Source of the DNA: an uncultured delta proteobacterium
GTDB taxonomy: Bacteria; Desulfobacterota; Desulfobacteria; Desulfobacterales; JAHEIW01
Direction of reading: 5' to 3'
Length of the DNA: 64,000 nucleotides
Assembly (NCBI GenBank): GCA_963706575.1
Contig: CAVPNL010000009.1
Coordinates: 64,001-128,000 of the forward strand
Part shown: positions 21,891-33,104 of the stretch, piece after piece
Numbering within the stretch: the stretch's first letter is position 1
Layout of the letters: every line of letters begins with the position of its first letter
Notes under the pieces: model-generated
What the model was told of the DNA's origin: nothing
The model's database searches: none
The model's input: only the letters and a program-made list of their open reading frames with translations
Translations under genes and position numbers: made by a program

Positions 21891-23939
21891 TCAAGCCATG
21901 TGCTGCAATACAATCGCAGTTCGGTTGGGAAGATACAGGCTTAAGTGATGTTGGTCGGGATGACCGTTTTTTTCAGGCAAGGTTAGATGCTTCTGATCGG
22001 CCGTGAGGCGGTCGTGGCCACCGTATCGAGCAGCGTCGCTGGTCAGCAGCATGCGATAGGTTCCCGGCGGGGCTTCAAAGCGATAATCGTTGTAAGATTG
22101 TGCAGGGTGGAAATTAAAGGCAAACAACAGACCGGCGCGTGCAAACACGATCAGCTTGTTATCGGAATGCTCATACACAAGGTGCAGGTCGGTGGTATCC
22201 AGCAGGCGGTGTGTTTTGGCCATGGCAATCATTTCCCGATCAAAGCGGGCCAGAAACTGATATTTTAAGTTGTCATCGTCGACCAGGTGCCACTGCCGGC
22301 GGGCATAATGATAGGACCAGTTGTTGCCCTCCCGCGGAAAATCGATCCATTCCGGGTGCCCGAATTCATTCCCCATAAAATTCAAGTAACCGTTACCGGC
22401 GCTTGCCAGGGTGATCAGCCGGATCATTTTCTGCAGGGCCAGGCCGCGGTCCACTTTGATATTTTGCGAATCAATATGCATATGGTCATACATATCGGCG
22501 CCGATCAATCGGAAAATAATGGATTGATCCCCCACCAGCGCCTGGTCATGGGATTCGGCATAACTGATGGTTTTTTCATCATGGCGCCGATTGGTAAGCT
22601 CATGCCGCAGCTGGTCGAGGGGCCAATGTTCATCGGCCACATCCTTGGTCAGCTTGATCCAGAAATCCGGAACTCCCATGGCAAAGCGGAAATCAAATCC
22701 GAAGCCGCCGTTATCAGCCGCCACCGCCAACCCCGGCATGCCGCTGACATCTTCGGCGATGGTCAGCGCATCCGGTCGCACGGCATGGATGACTTCGTTG
22801 GCCAGCGCCAGATAGGTTAAGGCCTCCTCGTCCACGCTGGCATCAAAATAATCGTCATAAGAGGTAAACGCCTTGTCAAAACCGTGGTGCCGGTAGAGCA
22901 TGCTGGTGATGCCGTCGAAGCGAAAGCCGTCCAGTTGATATTCGTCGAGCCAGAAGCGGCAGTTGGAAAGTAAAAAATGCAGGACCTGATACTTGCCGTA
23001 ATCAAAACAGCGCGAATCCCACAGTTCATGGCGCCCGCGGGTCCCGTCGTGAAAATACTGATACAGGGTGCCGTCAAACCGGCTGAGGCCTTCAACCTCG
23101 TTTGAGACCGCATGGGAGTGAATCAGATCGATAATGACGGCCAGTCCGGCGTTGTGGGCTTCATCGATTAACGCTTTTAGATCTTGCGGTGTGCCGAAGC
23201 GGGATGAAGCCGCAAAAAAACTGGACACCTGATAACCGAAGGATCCGTAATAGGGATGTTCCGGGATGGCCATGATCTGCAGGGTATTGTAGCCGGAAGC
23301 TTTCACCCGGGGAAGAATGTTGGCCCTAAACTCCTGATAGGAACCGATTTTGCCCTCCTGCTGGGCCATGCCGATGTGAACCTCATAAATAAGGGGCGCC
23401 TCGACCGGCCGCTGAAAAGTTTTACACTGCCAGCGATACGGAGAATCCGGCCGCCAGACCTGGGCATTGAATATCAGCGATTCCGGATCCTGCACCACGC
23501 GCCGCGCATAGGCCGGGATGCGATCGCCCATGCCGCCGGGCCAGTGGATGCGCAGGCGGTAAAGATCCCTGTGATCAAGGGTGTCTGCCGCAAGACGTAG
23601 TTCCCAGATGCCGTCTTCAAGCGCTTTTAAGGCAAAGGCATCTTTTTCCCGCCAGCCGGTCATATCGCCAATCAGAAAAATCGCCGTTGCGTTAGGTGCC
23701 CACTCGCGAAAAACCCATTGATCGTTTTCAAAATGCAAGCCAAAATACTCATGTCCGGACGCAAAGTCCGCCAGGGATTCGAATTGCCGGGTCAGCCGCT
23801 GTCGGGTTTCAGCAATTTTCAACAGGCGTCGGCCGATAATGTCTTTATAAGGCGCTAAATACGGGTCGCTTTTCATCAGACGCTGAAGCGCCAGATTAAT
23901 CTGATTTTGCGGGATACCATCTGATTTATTCGATGTCAT
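21891..23939 (-). CDS. glgB: 1,4-alpha-glucan branching enzyme (eukaryote/Bacteroidota-like GH13_8 type)
   Basis: FREWAPNA, EHPYYGSFGYQV, DGFRFDGITSM, IAEDVSGMP, YAESHDQALVGD, LNFMGNEFGHPEWIDFPR. Confidence 0.93.
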   Translation of the reverse strand: MTSNKSDGIPQNQINLALQRLMKSDPYLAPYKDIIGRRLLKIAETRQRLTRQFESLADFASGHEYFGLHFENDQWVFREWAPNATAIFLIGDMTGWREKDAFALKALEDGIWELRLAADTLDHRDLYRLRIHWPGGMGDRIPAYARRVVQDPESLIFNAQVWRPDSPYRWQCKTFQRPVEAPLIYEVHIGMAQQEGKIGSYQEFRANILPRVKASGYNTLQIMAIPEHPYYGSFGYQVSSFFAASSRFGTPQDLKALIDEAHNAGLAVIIDLIHSHAVSNEVEGLSRFDGTLYQYFHDGTRGRHELWDSRCFDYGKYQVLHFLLSNCRFWLDEYQLDGFRFDGITSMLYRHHGFDKAFTSYDDYFDASVDEEALTYLALANEVIHAVRPDALTIAEDVSGMPGLAVAADNGGFGFDFRFAMGVPDFWIKLTKDVADEHWPLDQLRHELTNRRHDEKTISYAESHDQALVGDQSIIFRLIGADMYDHMHIDSQNIKVDRGLALQKMIRLITLASAGNGYLNFMGNEFGHPEWIDFPREGNNWSYHYARRQWHLVDDDNLKYQFLARFDREMIAMAKTHRLLDTTDLHLVYEHSDNKLIVFARAGLLFAFNFHPAQSYNDYRFEAPPGTYRMLLTSDAARYGGHDRLTADQKHLTLPEKNGHPDQHHLSLYLPNRTAIVLQHMA

Positions 23940-25512
23940 TTTCTTCAATCGGGCGGGTCGGTTGTCCGGCCTTCGCTTTTGCTTCTGGATTGGGTATATT
24001 TTCAACGATCAACCGGCGTTTGAGCATCCGTTCGTAAAGCGCAATATATTGGCGCGCAGTATTGGCGTGGGTAAAGGTTTCGGCACTTTCTTTCATAATT
24101 CGCCTGATTTGTTGATTTTTAGTGGTTTTCGGCAGGTTGTAAAAATTCATGGCCTGCTTGATGGCCCAAAAAAGACCGTTGGAATCGAAGTTTTTAAACA
24201 GGAAGCCGTTTCCCTGATCCCGGGTCAGATCCAGATTAACGATGGTGTCGTGTATGCCGCCGGTGTCGTGGGCAACCGGCAGGGCGCCGTAAATGGGCGC
24301 GATCATCTGGGGCAGCCCGCAAGGCTCAAAACGGGAAGGCATCAATATAAAATCGGCAGCACCGTATGCCAGATGCTCCAAACGAAAATCAAAATCGCAA
24401 ATGGCGACGCGATTTTCAGCACCGTGAAAGGTGATAATGTCTTTGAAGACCCTCTGGTAATTCCCATTGGCGACAAAGATGATTTGCAAATTTTGTTTCC
24501 AATAGGTTGAAAGGACCTTGTATAAAATATCTGCCAGCAAATGGCAGCCTTTTTGAACCGGATCCAGGCGCGAAGGCCAAAAAAACACAGGGGCGGCCTC
24601 ATCCCCAATAAGGCCTAATTTTTTTTGGATAAAGGTTTTATTGGCTTTTTTGCCGGATACAAAATCTTTGGGGCTGTATTTTTGTATCAATTCCCTGTCT
24701 GTGGCGGGGTCAAACGAAGGATCGGGCGCATTGAGGATTCCCGCGGCGCAGTCGGCCTTTACTTTATTTGCCAGTTCCTGTTTCAGGGGCGGATAGACAA
24801 AATCATGCTGGCCGTTAATGATTTCCGCTAAAAAGTTGGGGCTGACCACATTGACAAAATGGGCGGCAAAAACCCCGCTGGTCAGCAGATCCACGGGGTT
24901 GGCCTCCCGGGCCGCTTCATAATGATTGGCCATATTCTCAAAATATAAATTTTGCCAGAAATAGGCGGCATCGATTCCGCGATCCTCAATGAATGCAAGG
25001 GTTGTTTTTACGGTATGCACATTATGGACGGTGAATAAACAGGGGATGCCCATTTGGCGGGCCATGGCCGGAATTAAGCCGGTCATCCAGTCATTGCAGT
25101 GGATCAGGTCGGGCTGAACATGGGGGATGATATTGTTGATGACCTCGCGCTGAAACGCCAGCGCCAGTTTGATATTTTCGGTACCATAGTCGGAATAGAC
25201 CCGATTGACATAGTAAAACGCACGGTCTTCTGCCAGATGAATGCGATCATCGGGCATTCTTCTCCGAATCTTTTGGAATTCTTCCTTTAAGACCGGTGCC
25301 AGACCGTCGCTGAAAATAGCCCGATAATCCGGGATGGCCACGTGCACATCGGCACCCTGCTCAAATAAGGCGGTAACCAGGGCCGCCGACACATCGGCCA
25401 GCCCGCCGGCTTTGGCCGTAAAATAGGAAGCCAGCCCGCCCATGCGGTCCGGCAGGTAGGTTACTTCCGGGGTCACCACAAGCACCCGCGGGTTGCAGGG
25501 AGCTTCACTCAT
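23926..25512 (-). CDS. glgA: Glycogen/starch synthase (GT5)
   Basis: KAGGLADV, HCNDW, FTVHN, RLDPVQKG, PSRFEPCGLPQ, TGGIHDT. Confidence 0.92.
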   Translation of the reverse strand: MSEAPCNPRVLVVTPEVTYLPDRMGGLASYFTAKAGGLADVSAALVTALFEQGADVHVAIPDYRAIFSDGLAPVLKEEFQKIRRRMPDDRIHLAEDRAFYYVNRVYSDYGTENIKLALAFQREVINNIIPHVQPDLIHCNDWMTGLIPAMARQMGIPCLFTVHNVHTVKTTLAFIEDRGIDAAYFWQNLYFENMANHYEAAREANPVDLLTSGVFAAHFVNVVSPNFLAEIINGQHDFVYPPLKQELANKVKADCAAGILNAPDPSFDPATDRELIQKYSPKDFVSGKKANKTFIQKKLGLIGDEAAPVFFWPSRLDPVQKGCHLLADILYKVLSTYWKQNLQIIFVANGNYQRVFKDIITFHGAENRVAICDFDFRLEHLAYGAADFILMPSRFEPCGLPQMIAPIYGALPVAHDTGGIHDTIVNLDLTRDQGNGFLFKNFDSNGLFWAIKQAMNFYNLPKTTKNQQIRRIMKESAETFTHANTARQYIALYERMLKRRLIVENIPNPEAKAKAGQPTRPIEENDIE

Positions 25513-25571
25513 GCGTTTTGTCTTTCTTGAAGCGCTTAAAAACAACCGCTTTTTATTTATTTTGACCGGTA

Positions 25572-25660
25572 GTTATTGGCAATCCGTTATTTGTTATTTA
25601 AACAAGAGCATTTGCAAATCGTATTTCCCCACAATAACGATTAACAAATAACGAATAACG
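25572..25660. repeat. Palindromic element with 7-nt periodic arms (GTTATT / AATAACG)
   Basis: gttattggcaatccgttatttgttattt ... aataacgattaacaaataacgaataacg. Confidence 0.7.
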
Positions 25661-25667
25661 ACATGGG

Positions 25668-28217
25668 CTATGCCCATGTCAGCAGCCGGGGCGTGGATTT
25701 GACGCGCTCATCACCCCGGGGCGTAACTCTGACGGTAAATCCGAATCGACCCGAACTCTGGCAGTTTAAGGAACAGCCGTACAGGTAATGGCCGTTGCCG
25801 CGGTCTTCCAGGACGTTCATTTGTTCTACATGGCCGGCCTCCAGATCTTCTAAAGATTTCATATGACCGTAGTAAAGCTCAACATCGATCTCATCGGGAT
25901 GAATCTCGGCGAGATTTACCTCCGCAGTGACTCCGAATTTTTCGCCCACCCGATAGGGACGCAGATTATTTCTCACAGGAGGCTGGATCTCAATATTATT
26001 CCACAGAGAACGCAGCCGTTTGATTTGACTGGCCAGATTCCTTGCTTCTTCCGCCTGATTGGCAAGCAGGGTATCATAACGTTTGGCCGCCGGGAGATAG
26101 TAACGGTTGCTATAATCGGTCACCATGCGAAGACTGCAAAACATTTCCATCGCCATTTTCATGGAGGCCTTCATCTTTTGCAACCAGTCTGCGGGCAGGT
26201 CGCCGTTTTTTCGATTATAAAAACAGGGGATTACCTCATTTTCCAGTACATTGTAAAGCGCTTGACTTTCCACGGCATCCTGATAGTCGTGATCCCTATA
26301 TTCCTCACCGTTTCCGATGCGCCAACCTCTTTCCTCGGTGTATCCTTCACACCACCATCCATCAAGTATACTCACATTCAGCACCCCGTTGATAGCCGCT
26401 TTCATTCCGGATGTCCCGCAGGCCTCAAGGGGTCGCCGGGGCGTATTGAGCCATACATCCGCGCCCTGAAACAGGTGGCGCGCCAGATGCATGTCGTAAT
26501 CTTCAAGAAAAATGATGCGATCACGAAGTTCCGTTTGGCTGGCAAACATGAAAAGTTTTTTAATGAGCTCTTTGCCCTCGTTGTCTTTCGGATGTGCTTT
26601 GCCGGCAAAGATAAATTGAGCCGGGTATTTCTTAGAGTTAACGATCGCCTTCAGGCGCTCGGGATCCTTGAATAGCAGGTGGGCGCGCTTATAGGTTGCA
26701 AAGCGCCGGGCAAAAGCGATGGTCAGCACGTGTGGGTCCAGTACCGATTCAAGCGTTTCAATCACATTGCTGGGCGCATTGCGCCGGGTATATTGTTTGA
26801 TTAATTGTTCGCGGCAGGTGCGCACCAGACGAGAGCGGTTCATTTCATGGCTGCGCCACAGTTCTTCGTCGTAAATGTCCTCAATCCGATTGATATTTTC
26901 CGGTTTGCGGGAACTCATGTACCAATCGGGCCCGAGATAGCGGGTAAAAAGATTGGCAAATTCCGAGGAAATGAACGAAGAAATATGAATACCATTGGTG
27001 ATATGGGATATGGGGACTTCTTGCACCGGTCGTTCAGGCCAGACATGGGACCACATGCGCCGGGCCACGGATCCATGCAGATCACTGACGCCATTGCAAT
27101 GGGATGCCGCATGCAGCCCCAGAATGAACATCGACAGCGGTGCATCCGGACCGGAACCCACCGGCTGTCCCCAGGATAAAATTTCTTTTTCAGTGGTTTG
27201 CAGCCTTTCTTCAAGGTGTTTTAAATACGGTTTGACATGCTCGGCCGGGAATTCATCATGCCCTGCGGCCACCGGTGTATGGGTGGTAAAGACCGTGGTG
27301 CGGGGGACGATTTCAAGAGCGGTTTTAAGGTCAACGTTATGGACCGATATGGTTTGAGCCAGCCGCTCCAGGCTGGCAAAAGCAGAATGTCCCTCGTTCA
27401 TATGCAATACCCTGACGTTGATTTGCATGGCTGCCAGGGCGCGCATCCCGCCGATTCCCAATAACATCTCCTGGGCCAGGCGAATTTTCTGATCACCAGC
27501 GTAGAGCCTTGAGGTGATTTCGCGATTCACCGGTTTGTTCTCAAGAATATTGGTATCCAGCAGATACAATGGAATTCGGCCGATCATGATTTTCCAGATC
27601 ATGGCATGAATGGGGCCTTCCGGCCCGGCAATCGAAACCCGCAATTCATTGCCCGGATTATCCTGCACGCGCTCAACCGGAAGTTCATAAAGATCCGTTT
27701 CCGGATAAGCTTCCTGTTGCCATCCATCAGGGTTCAGATACTGGCGAAAATAACCGTATTGATACATAAGCCCCACCCCGGTTAATGGAAGACCCAGATT
27801 GGACGCTGCCTTCAAATGATCACCGGCCAGAATACCTAAGCCGCCGGCAAACAAGGGCAGGCTTTCATGAATCCCGAACTCCATGGAGAAGTAGGCAACG
27901 GTATCCTGGGGACCAAAAACAGAATCGCCGAGATCGACTCCATCCATTACCCGGATTTGAAATTGCTCTTGAACCGCTTTCAGGTGAGCCCGATAGCCTT
28001 TATCCTTTGCCAGTTTTTCACAGTGGCTTTGTGAAATTTTTGATAGGAAGGCAATGGGATTGCGGCCGGATTCAGTCCAGAGCGCCGGATCCATGCGACG
28101 GAATAGCTCGATGGCATTTTTATCCCAACACCACCACATATTGCGCGACAGGACTTCGAGAAACTGAAGATTTTCCGGTATATTGGGAAACACTTGAAAT
28201 GTTTGGAAATTTTTCAT
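25668..28217 (-). CDS. glgP: Alpha-glucan (glycogen) phosphorylase
   Basis: YFSMEFG, GGLGILAGD, HMNEGH, ARRFATYKR, EACGTSGMKA. Confidence 0.96.
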   Translation of the reverse strand: MKNFQTFQVFPNIPENLQFLEVLSRNMWWCWDKNAIELFRRMDPALWTESGRNPIAFLSKISQSHCEKLAKDKGYRAHLKAVQEQFQIRVMDGVDLGDSVFGPQDTVAYFSMEFGIHESLPLFAGGLGILAGDHLKAASNLGLPLTGVGLMYQYGYFRQYLNPDGWQQEAYPETDLYELPVERVQDNPGNELRVSIAGPEGPIHAMIWKIMIGRIPLYLLDTNILENKPVNREITSRLYAGDQKIRLAQEMLLGIGGMRALAAMQINVRVLHMNEGHSAFASLERLAQTISVHNVDLKTALEIVPRTTVFTTHTPVAAGHDEFPAEHVKPYLKHLEERLQTTEKEILSWGQPVGSGPDAPLSMFILGLHAASHCNGVSDLHGSVARRMWSHVWPERPVQEVPISHITNGIHISSFISSEFANLFTRYLGPDWYMSSRKPENINRIEDIYDEELWRSHEMNRSRLVRTCREQLIKQYTRRNAPSNVIETLESVLDPHVLTIAFARRFATYKRAHLLFKDPERLKAIVNSKKYPAQFIFAGKAHPKDNEGKELIKKLFMFASQTELRDRIIFLEDYDMHLARHLFQGADVWLNTPRRPLEACGTSGMKAAINGVLNVSILDGWWCEGYTEERGWRIGNGEEYRDHDYQDAVESQALYNVLENEVIPCFYNRKNGDLPADWLQKMKASMKMAMEMFCSLRMVTDYSNRYYLPAAKRYDTLLANQAEEARNLASQIKRLRSLWNNIEIQPPVRNNLRPYRVGEKFGVTAEVNLAEIHPDEIDVELYYGHMKSLEDLEAGHVEQMNVLEDRGNGHYLYGCSLNCQSSGRFGFTVRVTPRGDERVKSTPRLLTWA

Positions 28218-28346
28218 ATGGCAGTCATCCTTAATATTTTATATTGCCGGTATCGGCGTTACGGGTTTATCCCATGTGAGCAACTCCTGCAGTTGGATTA
28301 CAGCAGAATAAAGCTTAAAGTTTGAAAAAGCAATATATCCTAAATT

Positions 28347-28463
28347 AATTTAGGAATTGAGGAAGAAAGAAATTAAGGAATTCAGGAATTCAGTGCATTT
28401 TCATTTGCGATTTTTAATTCCTAAATTCCCCAATCCCCCAATCCCTGAATCCCTCAATTCCTT
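28347..28463. repeat. Palindromic element with 8-nt periodic arms (GGAATT / AATTCC)
   Basis: aatttaggaattgaggaa...aggaattcaggaattc ... aattcctaaattccccaatcccccaatccctgaatccctcaattcctt; touches the stop of the debranching enzyme. Confidence 0.75.
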
Positions 28464-31400
28464 AATTATCATTTTTTAATTTTAGCCAGACCCGCAACAG
28501 TTCGCTTGCCCCCCAGGCCTGGGCATCGCATCCGCACGCGGTATGGGGATAATCGCCATCTAAAATTTCCGGTATATGGCCCAGGCAGCCGTGTTCGATA
28601 AGCGGCGCGCTGCCGGTCAGCCAGGACAGCGCCGTTTCCGTGCTTTCTTTTCCATAGGTCATGGCCCATGCTTCAGCAAAAGACGGAAACAACCAGGTCC
28701 AGGCCGTACCGTTATGATAGGCCGGCTTGCGCCGGGTGTCTTCGTCACCCTCATAGCGTCCCTGGTAAGGATGGTGAGGGTCGTTGATCAATTTTCCATG
28801 ATGATGAATTTCAATCCCGTGTCGAACCGGTCGGTCGGCCAGGCTGCGGATGGCACCCGGTACCAGTAGTTCCTGGCAGGCCGCCAGGATATGCTTGCAT
28901 TTTTGCGCTTCTTTGATTGCGCCCAGCGTGATGGCTAACAGCTGATTGGGGCGCAGGGCGTCATCAGCCGTTGCATCTTTGGCCGTCTGGCCGGGAGCGG
29001 CGTGAAGACAGTCGGACAGGTAGCTTAAATCCGGCTGCCAGAAGTACTTTAGGATCGAGTCTTGAACCTGTTGGGCCAGGCGCTGCCAGGCGTTAATGGT
29101 TTCAGCAGGATCAATTTTGGACAAAAAGCAAAGGGCGGCATGCCAGAGAGCCTGGATTTCAATGGGGTAGCCCTGTCGGGGGGTGCCGGCCGGATGATTG
29201 GTGTCCATCCAGCTAAAGTGTGTCGGGCTGAAAATCAACCCGGATTCCGGGTCCATGTGAACGCCATTGGGGGTGCCGGCTATTATGGATTGACCGATTG
29301 ATAAAAAGATCTGGCGCATCGAACGGCCCCCGCAATCTGAATCAATGAATTGCTCATCACCTTCTGCTCGAACCAAATCCGCACAGGCCGTGATCAACCA
29401 CAGCGGTGCATCGGATGTATCCCGGTTGGCGGCGTTTTCGGCCTGAATCATGTTCGGCAGGGTGCCCTGTTTTTCAAAACGGGCAAACTGAATGATGATA
29501 TCCCGGGCGTCTGCCATATTTCCGGCCGCCACCAGTCCGCGTACAAATATTAAGGCATCCCGTCCCCAATCCAGAAACCAGGGATAGCCGGCAATGACGG
29601 TTTTTAAATCACCGCGCTTGACCACATAATGGTCCAGGGATGTTTGCAGTATTCTTGTGAAGGTTTCAGCCCCCGCTTCTTCTTCTTCCGATACCGCAAG
29701 AGTTATTGAATGCGGGATGGGGGGCTCCCGCGCCGGCATTTCATTTTCGGAGCCGGCATCCGCCCAGAGGGTTACGGTTTGATTGCCTTCGATACTAGCG
29801 GACAGGTATCCGGGGCTGAACAGATCTGAATCCGGATCATGGCCCCGCCGGGCATCTTCGGACCGGTTTACCATATAAAGCCACTCCGGTTCCCATACAA
29901 ACGCGCCGTTGAAAATTTGCATCCTCAGGTGATGGTTTGCGTCGGGGGCAAAATGAAAGCCGTTGGAAAAAGCGGTTACCGCATCAGGCCACTGATTTTC
30001 AGGACCCTGATACGCTTTGGTAGATGCGTGAAAATTGCGGTTTTCAATATCCGGCCGTAAAATGATTGTTACCGGTTTGGAATCCGCCAGCCGTTCCGGC
30101 CGATCACCGGCCGGATGGCGAAAAAGGCTCAACGTCACTGAATTTTGATTCCCAAGCATTTCTACCCGGGCGGTTATCATAACATGCTCTCCCTGGCCGG
30201 TGGGGATGTGATACTGCCAGATTCCGCTGGAATCCTCTGCCAGGCGGAACAATTCCAGGCAGTCCGTATTCAAAGCTTGCGAATAGCCTTGAAATACCAC
30301 CCAGGCCCGGCAGCGGCTGAACATCACCCAGCGGTCTTCAGGATAGTGCGGATTAAAATTGGCTGCCAGCAATCCATCATAGCGGCTGGTTAGATTTCCC
30401 CAGGAAACCGGGCTGTGCAGCATTGCCCCGCGGCCATTGGTTCCCAGAAAGATGAAATCCTTATGCAGCAGTTCTGAATGTCTAATGGCCTGCTTTACAC
30501 GAGCATTTTCAGGTCGGGGCAAAAACAGCAACCGAGCGACTTCATGCCGACAGCGTTCTGAACCAGCGGTCGCATAGACCGATAGCGCCAGGGTACGGGT
30601 TTTTAGGGTCTGAGGAGTTGCCAATGGCAGAAACAGGGCAAAGTGGTCTCCATTCCCATCTGCGCCCGGGAGACTGACCTCCGCTGCGACGATTCGGTCG
30701 CCACTCAGAATTCGCGCTCGAAAGGAACTTTCGCTGCGAATGAGCAGAAAATGATCCGGGGGAATCATGACTTCCCGCCGCAGGTCTTGCGGCCACTGCC
30801 ATACGATAACTCGCGGTTGACGGCCATGGGGGTAATGCCGGCTGCAAAAATCCGACGGATTTTCCTGCAATAGCCGGGCGGTCTGTTTGAGGTCAAAATT
30901 TTCAAGATGTTTGATTCCCCGTAGATAAGCGACCACTTCAAGGGCTTTGGCATACAATCGCTGTTGCTCGATTCGTTCAGGCAGCAAGAAAGGTTGTTTG
31001 GGGAAATTTTCAACTTGCTGAAGATCTTTCTCGTTAGCTGAAAGACACAACACCTGGCCGGGTTCCAGCAGCAGTGTATTTAGGCCATTGGATTCGATAA
31101 CCTTTATTTTATCTCCGCTTAGCAGGTCGTAAAAAACAGATGATTTCAGCCCTGTTGATGCGCGATCCCATGTCGCGGTTGTCCGGTTTTCAGGATCCAG
31201 GTTGACAATGATCAGCAACCCTTTTTCGGACCCGGGGTGCTGTCGTTTCAGGACGATAAAATTACCGTCCTTTTTGTGATGCATGCTTAACACGACGTCT
31301 TCGTGAAACGCCGGATGGGTCTTGAGCAGATCACTGAGCCGCCGAATGTCTGCAACCTGGTTGGATTCGGCGCCCCAGTTTAATGAAGGCGCATCGTGGA

Positions 31401-32787
31401 CATTGATTTTCTCGGCAGCAAACCATTCCACCCCGTTGGCAAAACCGAAGGCGCCGTTGTGAGAACTCATTGCGCACAGGGCGGTGCGCATCCGGGCATA
31501 ACTCTCGGATTGCTTTGCCAGCCTGAGATTGTCATGTGTTTCTGCAAAGTTCACCATGATGCCGTCAGTCGCTGAAATATCGATGGCTTCCGGCAGGTAA
31601 TGTTCGATCTGACCGCGATCGTAATTTTGAAACAGCTCTGAATAGGCCCAATTTAAATTGGCGCTGTTTAAAAGATCGCGCGTCACTGAAATTTTGCCGC
31701 CCAGACCCTCGAGTAAAAAGACCACATCTGGGAATTGCTCCCTTACTTTGGCAACAATGTATTTCCAGGCTGCCAGCGGGATCATGTAACCGGCATCACA
31801 GCGGAAACCGTCCACACCCCGCCGGCACCAAGTGATAAAGACATCCGCCATGTATTGCCACAGACCCGGCTGGGAATAATCCAATTTGGTCAGATCTTCC
31901 CAGTCAACGCCCCAGGCGCCGGGAACCTCGATGCGGCCTTCGGGGTTTCTGACCAGCCAGTGCGGGTGGGTTTCATGCAGTCGGGCGGCCCATCCGGTGT
32001 GATTGATGGCGATGTCGATCAGGATTTTGGCATTGCGCTGATGGACAGCGTCCACCAGTTCGATAAATTGCTCCAAGGGGGTGGCATGCGGATCAAATTC
32101 AGCCAGCGCAGGGTCAACCGCGGTAAAGCTTAAAGCGGCATAGGGGCTGCCGAATCTTCCCATGCGCCCGTAGGTTGTTGGCGTGGGGTGAATTGGCAGC
32201 AGCAAAAGAATGCGGCATCCCAATTCGCCGATAATAAAGTCGAGTTCTCCAATCAGGTCTCGAAAGGTCCCTGAGGGCGGAATCACTGCGTAGCCGTCGT
32301 GATCGAGTTTTCGGACGCACTGTTCATCAGACGGGGACAACCGCCGGGTTCCGGCCATGTTGGCGCCGAACTGCCGCACAAACGCATTATAAATGATGTT
32401 GGCGCAGCAGGCATCAGCTGGTTCAACATTGACGGCGGTGTTTGGCCCCGGCGGCCATGCGGGTTGTGCTGCGCCTTCTTTTAAGAAAAAACATTTGGCT
32501 TCAAAATGACCCACCTCATACAATGGCAGGGTGGCTTCAAAACGCCCGTCATCTATCCGCTTCATGGGAATATCGAACCAGGCTCTTCCCAGAGGCGGTT
32601 CATTTTTTTCAACTTCCCGGATAATTTCATTTCTAATAATTTTTGCATGACCGATATTGGTGCGCACCCAGGCGGTGCCTGACTGGGGTTGGGGCAACGT
32701 CAGGGTCAAGGTCAGCAAATCCCCGCAGAAGCGGATCATCCGGCTTCCCGGTCGGGGGTCTTGGACTATCTGGGCGTCCTGGGTCAT
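28462..32787 (-). CDS. Bifunctional glycogen debranching enzyme-like (GH13 domain + amylo-alpha-1,6-glucosidase)
   Basis: GSPYA, GFRCDAG, AETHD (GH13); IAGYPWFLDWGRD, SWMD, LRPNQ, YHNGTAW, PEILDG, CDAQAW (GDE_C). Confidence 0.88.
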   Translation of the reverse strand: MTQDAQIVQDPRPGSRMIRFCGDLLTLTLTLPQPQSGTAWVRTNIGHAKIIRNEIIREVEKNEPPLGRAWFDIPMKRIDDGRFEATLPLYEVGHFEAKCFFLKEGAAQPAWPPGPNTAVNVEPADACCANIIYNAFVRQFGANMAGTRRLSPSDEQCVRKLDHDGYAVIPPSGTFRDLIGELDFIIGELGCRILLLLPIHPTPTTYGRMGRFGSPYAALSFTAVDPALAEFDPHATPLEQFIELVDAVHQRNAKILIDIAINHTGWAARLHETHPHWLVRNPEGRIEVPGAWGVDWEDLTKLDYSQPGLWQYMADVFITWCRRGVDGFRCDAGYMIPLAAWKYIVAKVREQFPDVVFLLEGLGGKISVTRDLLNSANLNWAYSELFQNYDRGQIEHYLPEAIDISATDGIMVNFAETHDNLRLAKQSESYARMRTALCAMSSHNGAFGFANGVEWFAAEKINVHDAPSLNWGAESNQVADIRRLSDLLKTHPAFHEDVVLSMHHKKDGNFIVLKRQHPGSEKGLLIIVNLDPENRTTATWDRASTGLKSSVFYDLLSGDKIKVIESNGLNTLLLEPGQVLCLSANEKDLQQVENFPKQPFLLPERIEQQRLYAKALEVVAYLRGIKHLENFDLKQTARLLQENPSDFCSRHYPHGRQPRVIVWQWPQDLRREVMIPPDHFLLIRSESSFRARILSGDRIVAAEVSLPGADGNGDHFALFLPLATPQTLKTRTLALSVYATAGSERCRHEVARLLFLPRPENARVKQAIRHSELLHKDFIFLGTNGRGAMLHSPVSWGNLTSRYDGLLAANFNPHYPEDRWVMFSRCRAWVVFQGYSQALNTDCLELFRLAEDSSGIWQYHIPTGQGEHVMITARVEMLGNQNSVTLSLFRHPAGDRPERLADSKPVTIILRPDIENRNFHASTKAYQGPENQWPDAVTAFSNGFHFAPDANHHLRMQIFNGAFVWEPEWLYMVNRSEDARRGHDPDSDLFSPGYLSASIEGNQTVTLWADAGSENEMPAREPPIPHSITLAVSEEEEAGAETFTRILQTSLDHYVVKRGDLKTVIAGYPWFLDWGRDALIFVRGLVAAGNMADARDIIIQFARFEKQGTLPNMIQAENAANRDTSDAPLWLITACADLVRAEGDEQFIDSDCGGRSMRQIFLSIGQSIIAGTPNGVHMDPESGLIFSPTHFSWMDTNHPAGTPRQGYPIEIQALWHAALCFLSKIDPAETINAWQRLAQQVQDSILKYFWQPDLSYLSDCLHAAPGQTAKDATADDALRPNQLLAITLGAIKEAQKCKHILAACQELLVPGAIRSLADRPVRHGIEIHHHGKLINDPHHPYQGRYEGDEDTRRKPAYHNGTAWTWLFPSFAEAWAMTYGKESTETALSWLTGSAPLIEHGCLGHIPEILDGDYPHTACGCDAQAWGASELLRVWLKLKNDN

Positions 32788-33104
32788 AATTCTTACCTAA
32801 ATTGAGCGTTTCAAATTTTAAAAAAGGATCATTTTTTGCTTTTCAGAATAAGATATTAAAATATAATATGAATTCTGAATTTGCAAAAATTTTTGTCACC
32901 ATTTGTTCAAAGAAATTTTTAAGAACCTCAGCGGCGGTCAACCGATTGTAAAATTGAAATTTCTCTTGAAAAAATATAAATATAAGTATAAGAAATTTTT
33001 ATAGATTTATCAATCCGTCATTTTTTTGCAAACCGGTTTGTACAACGGTTCGAAAATCAAATTTAATCGTTACCCTGTTAGAAACCAGCTTAGGACGAGT
33101 AACT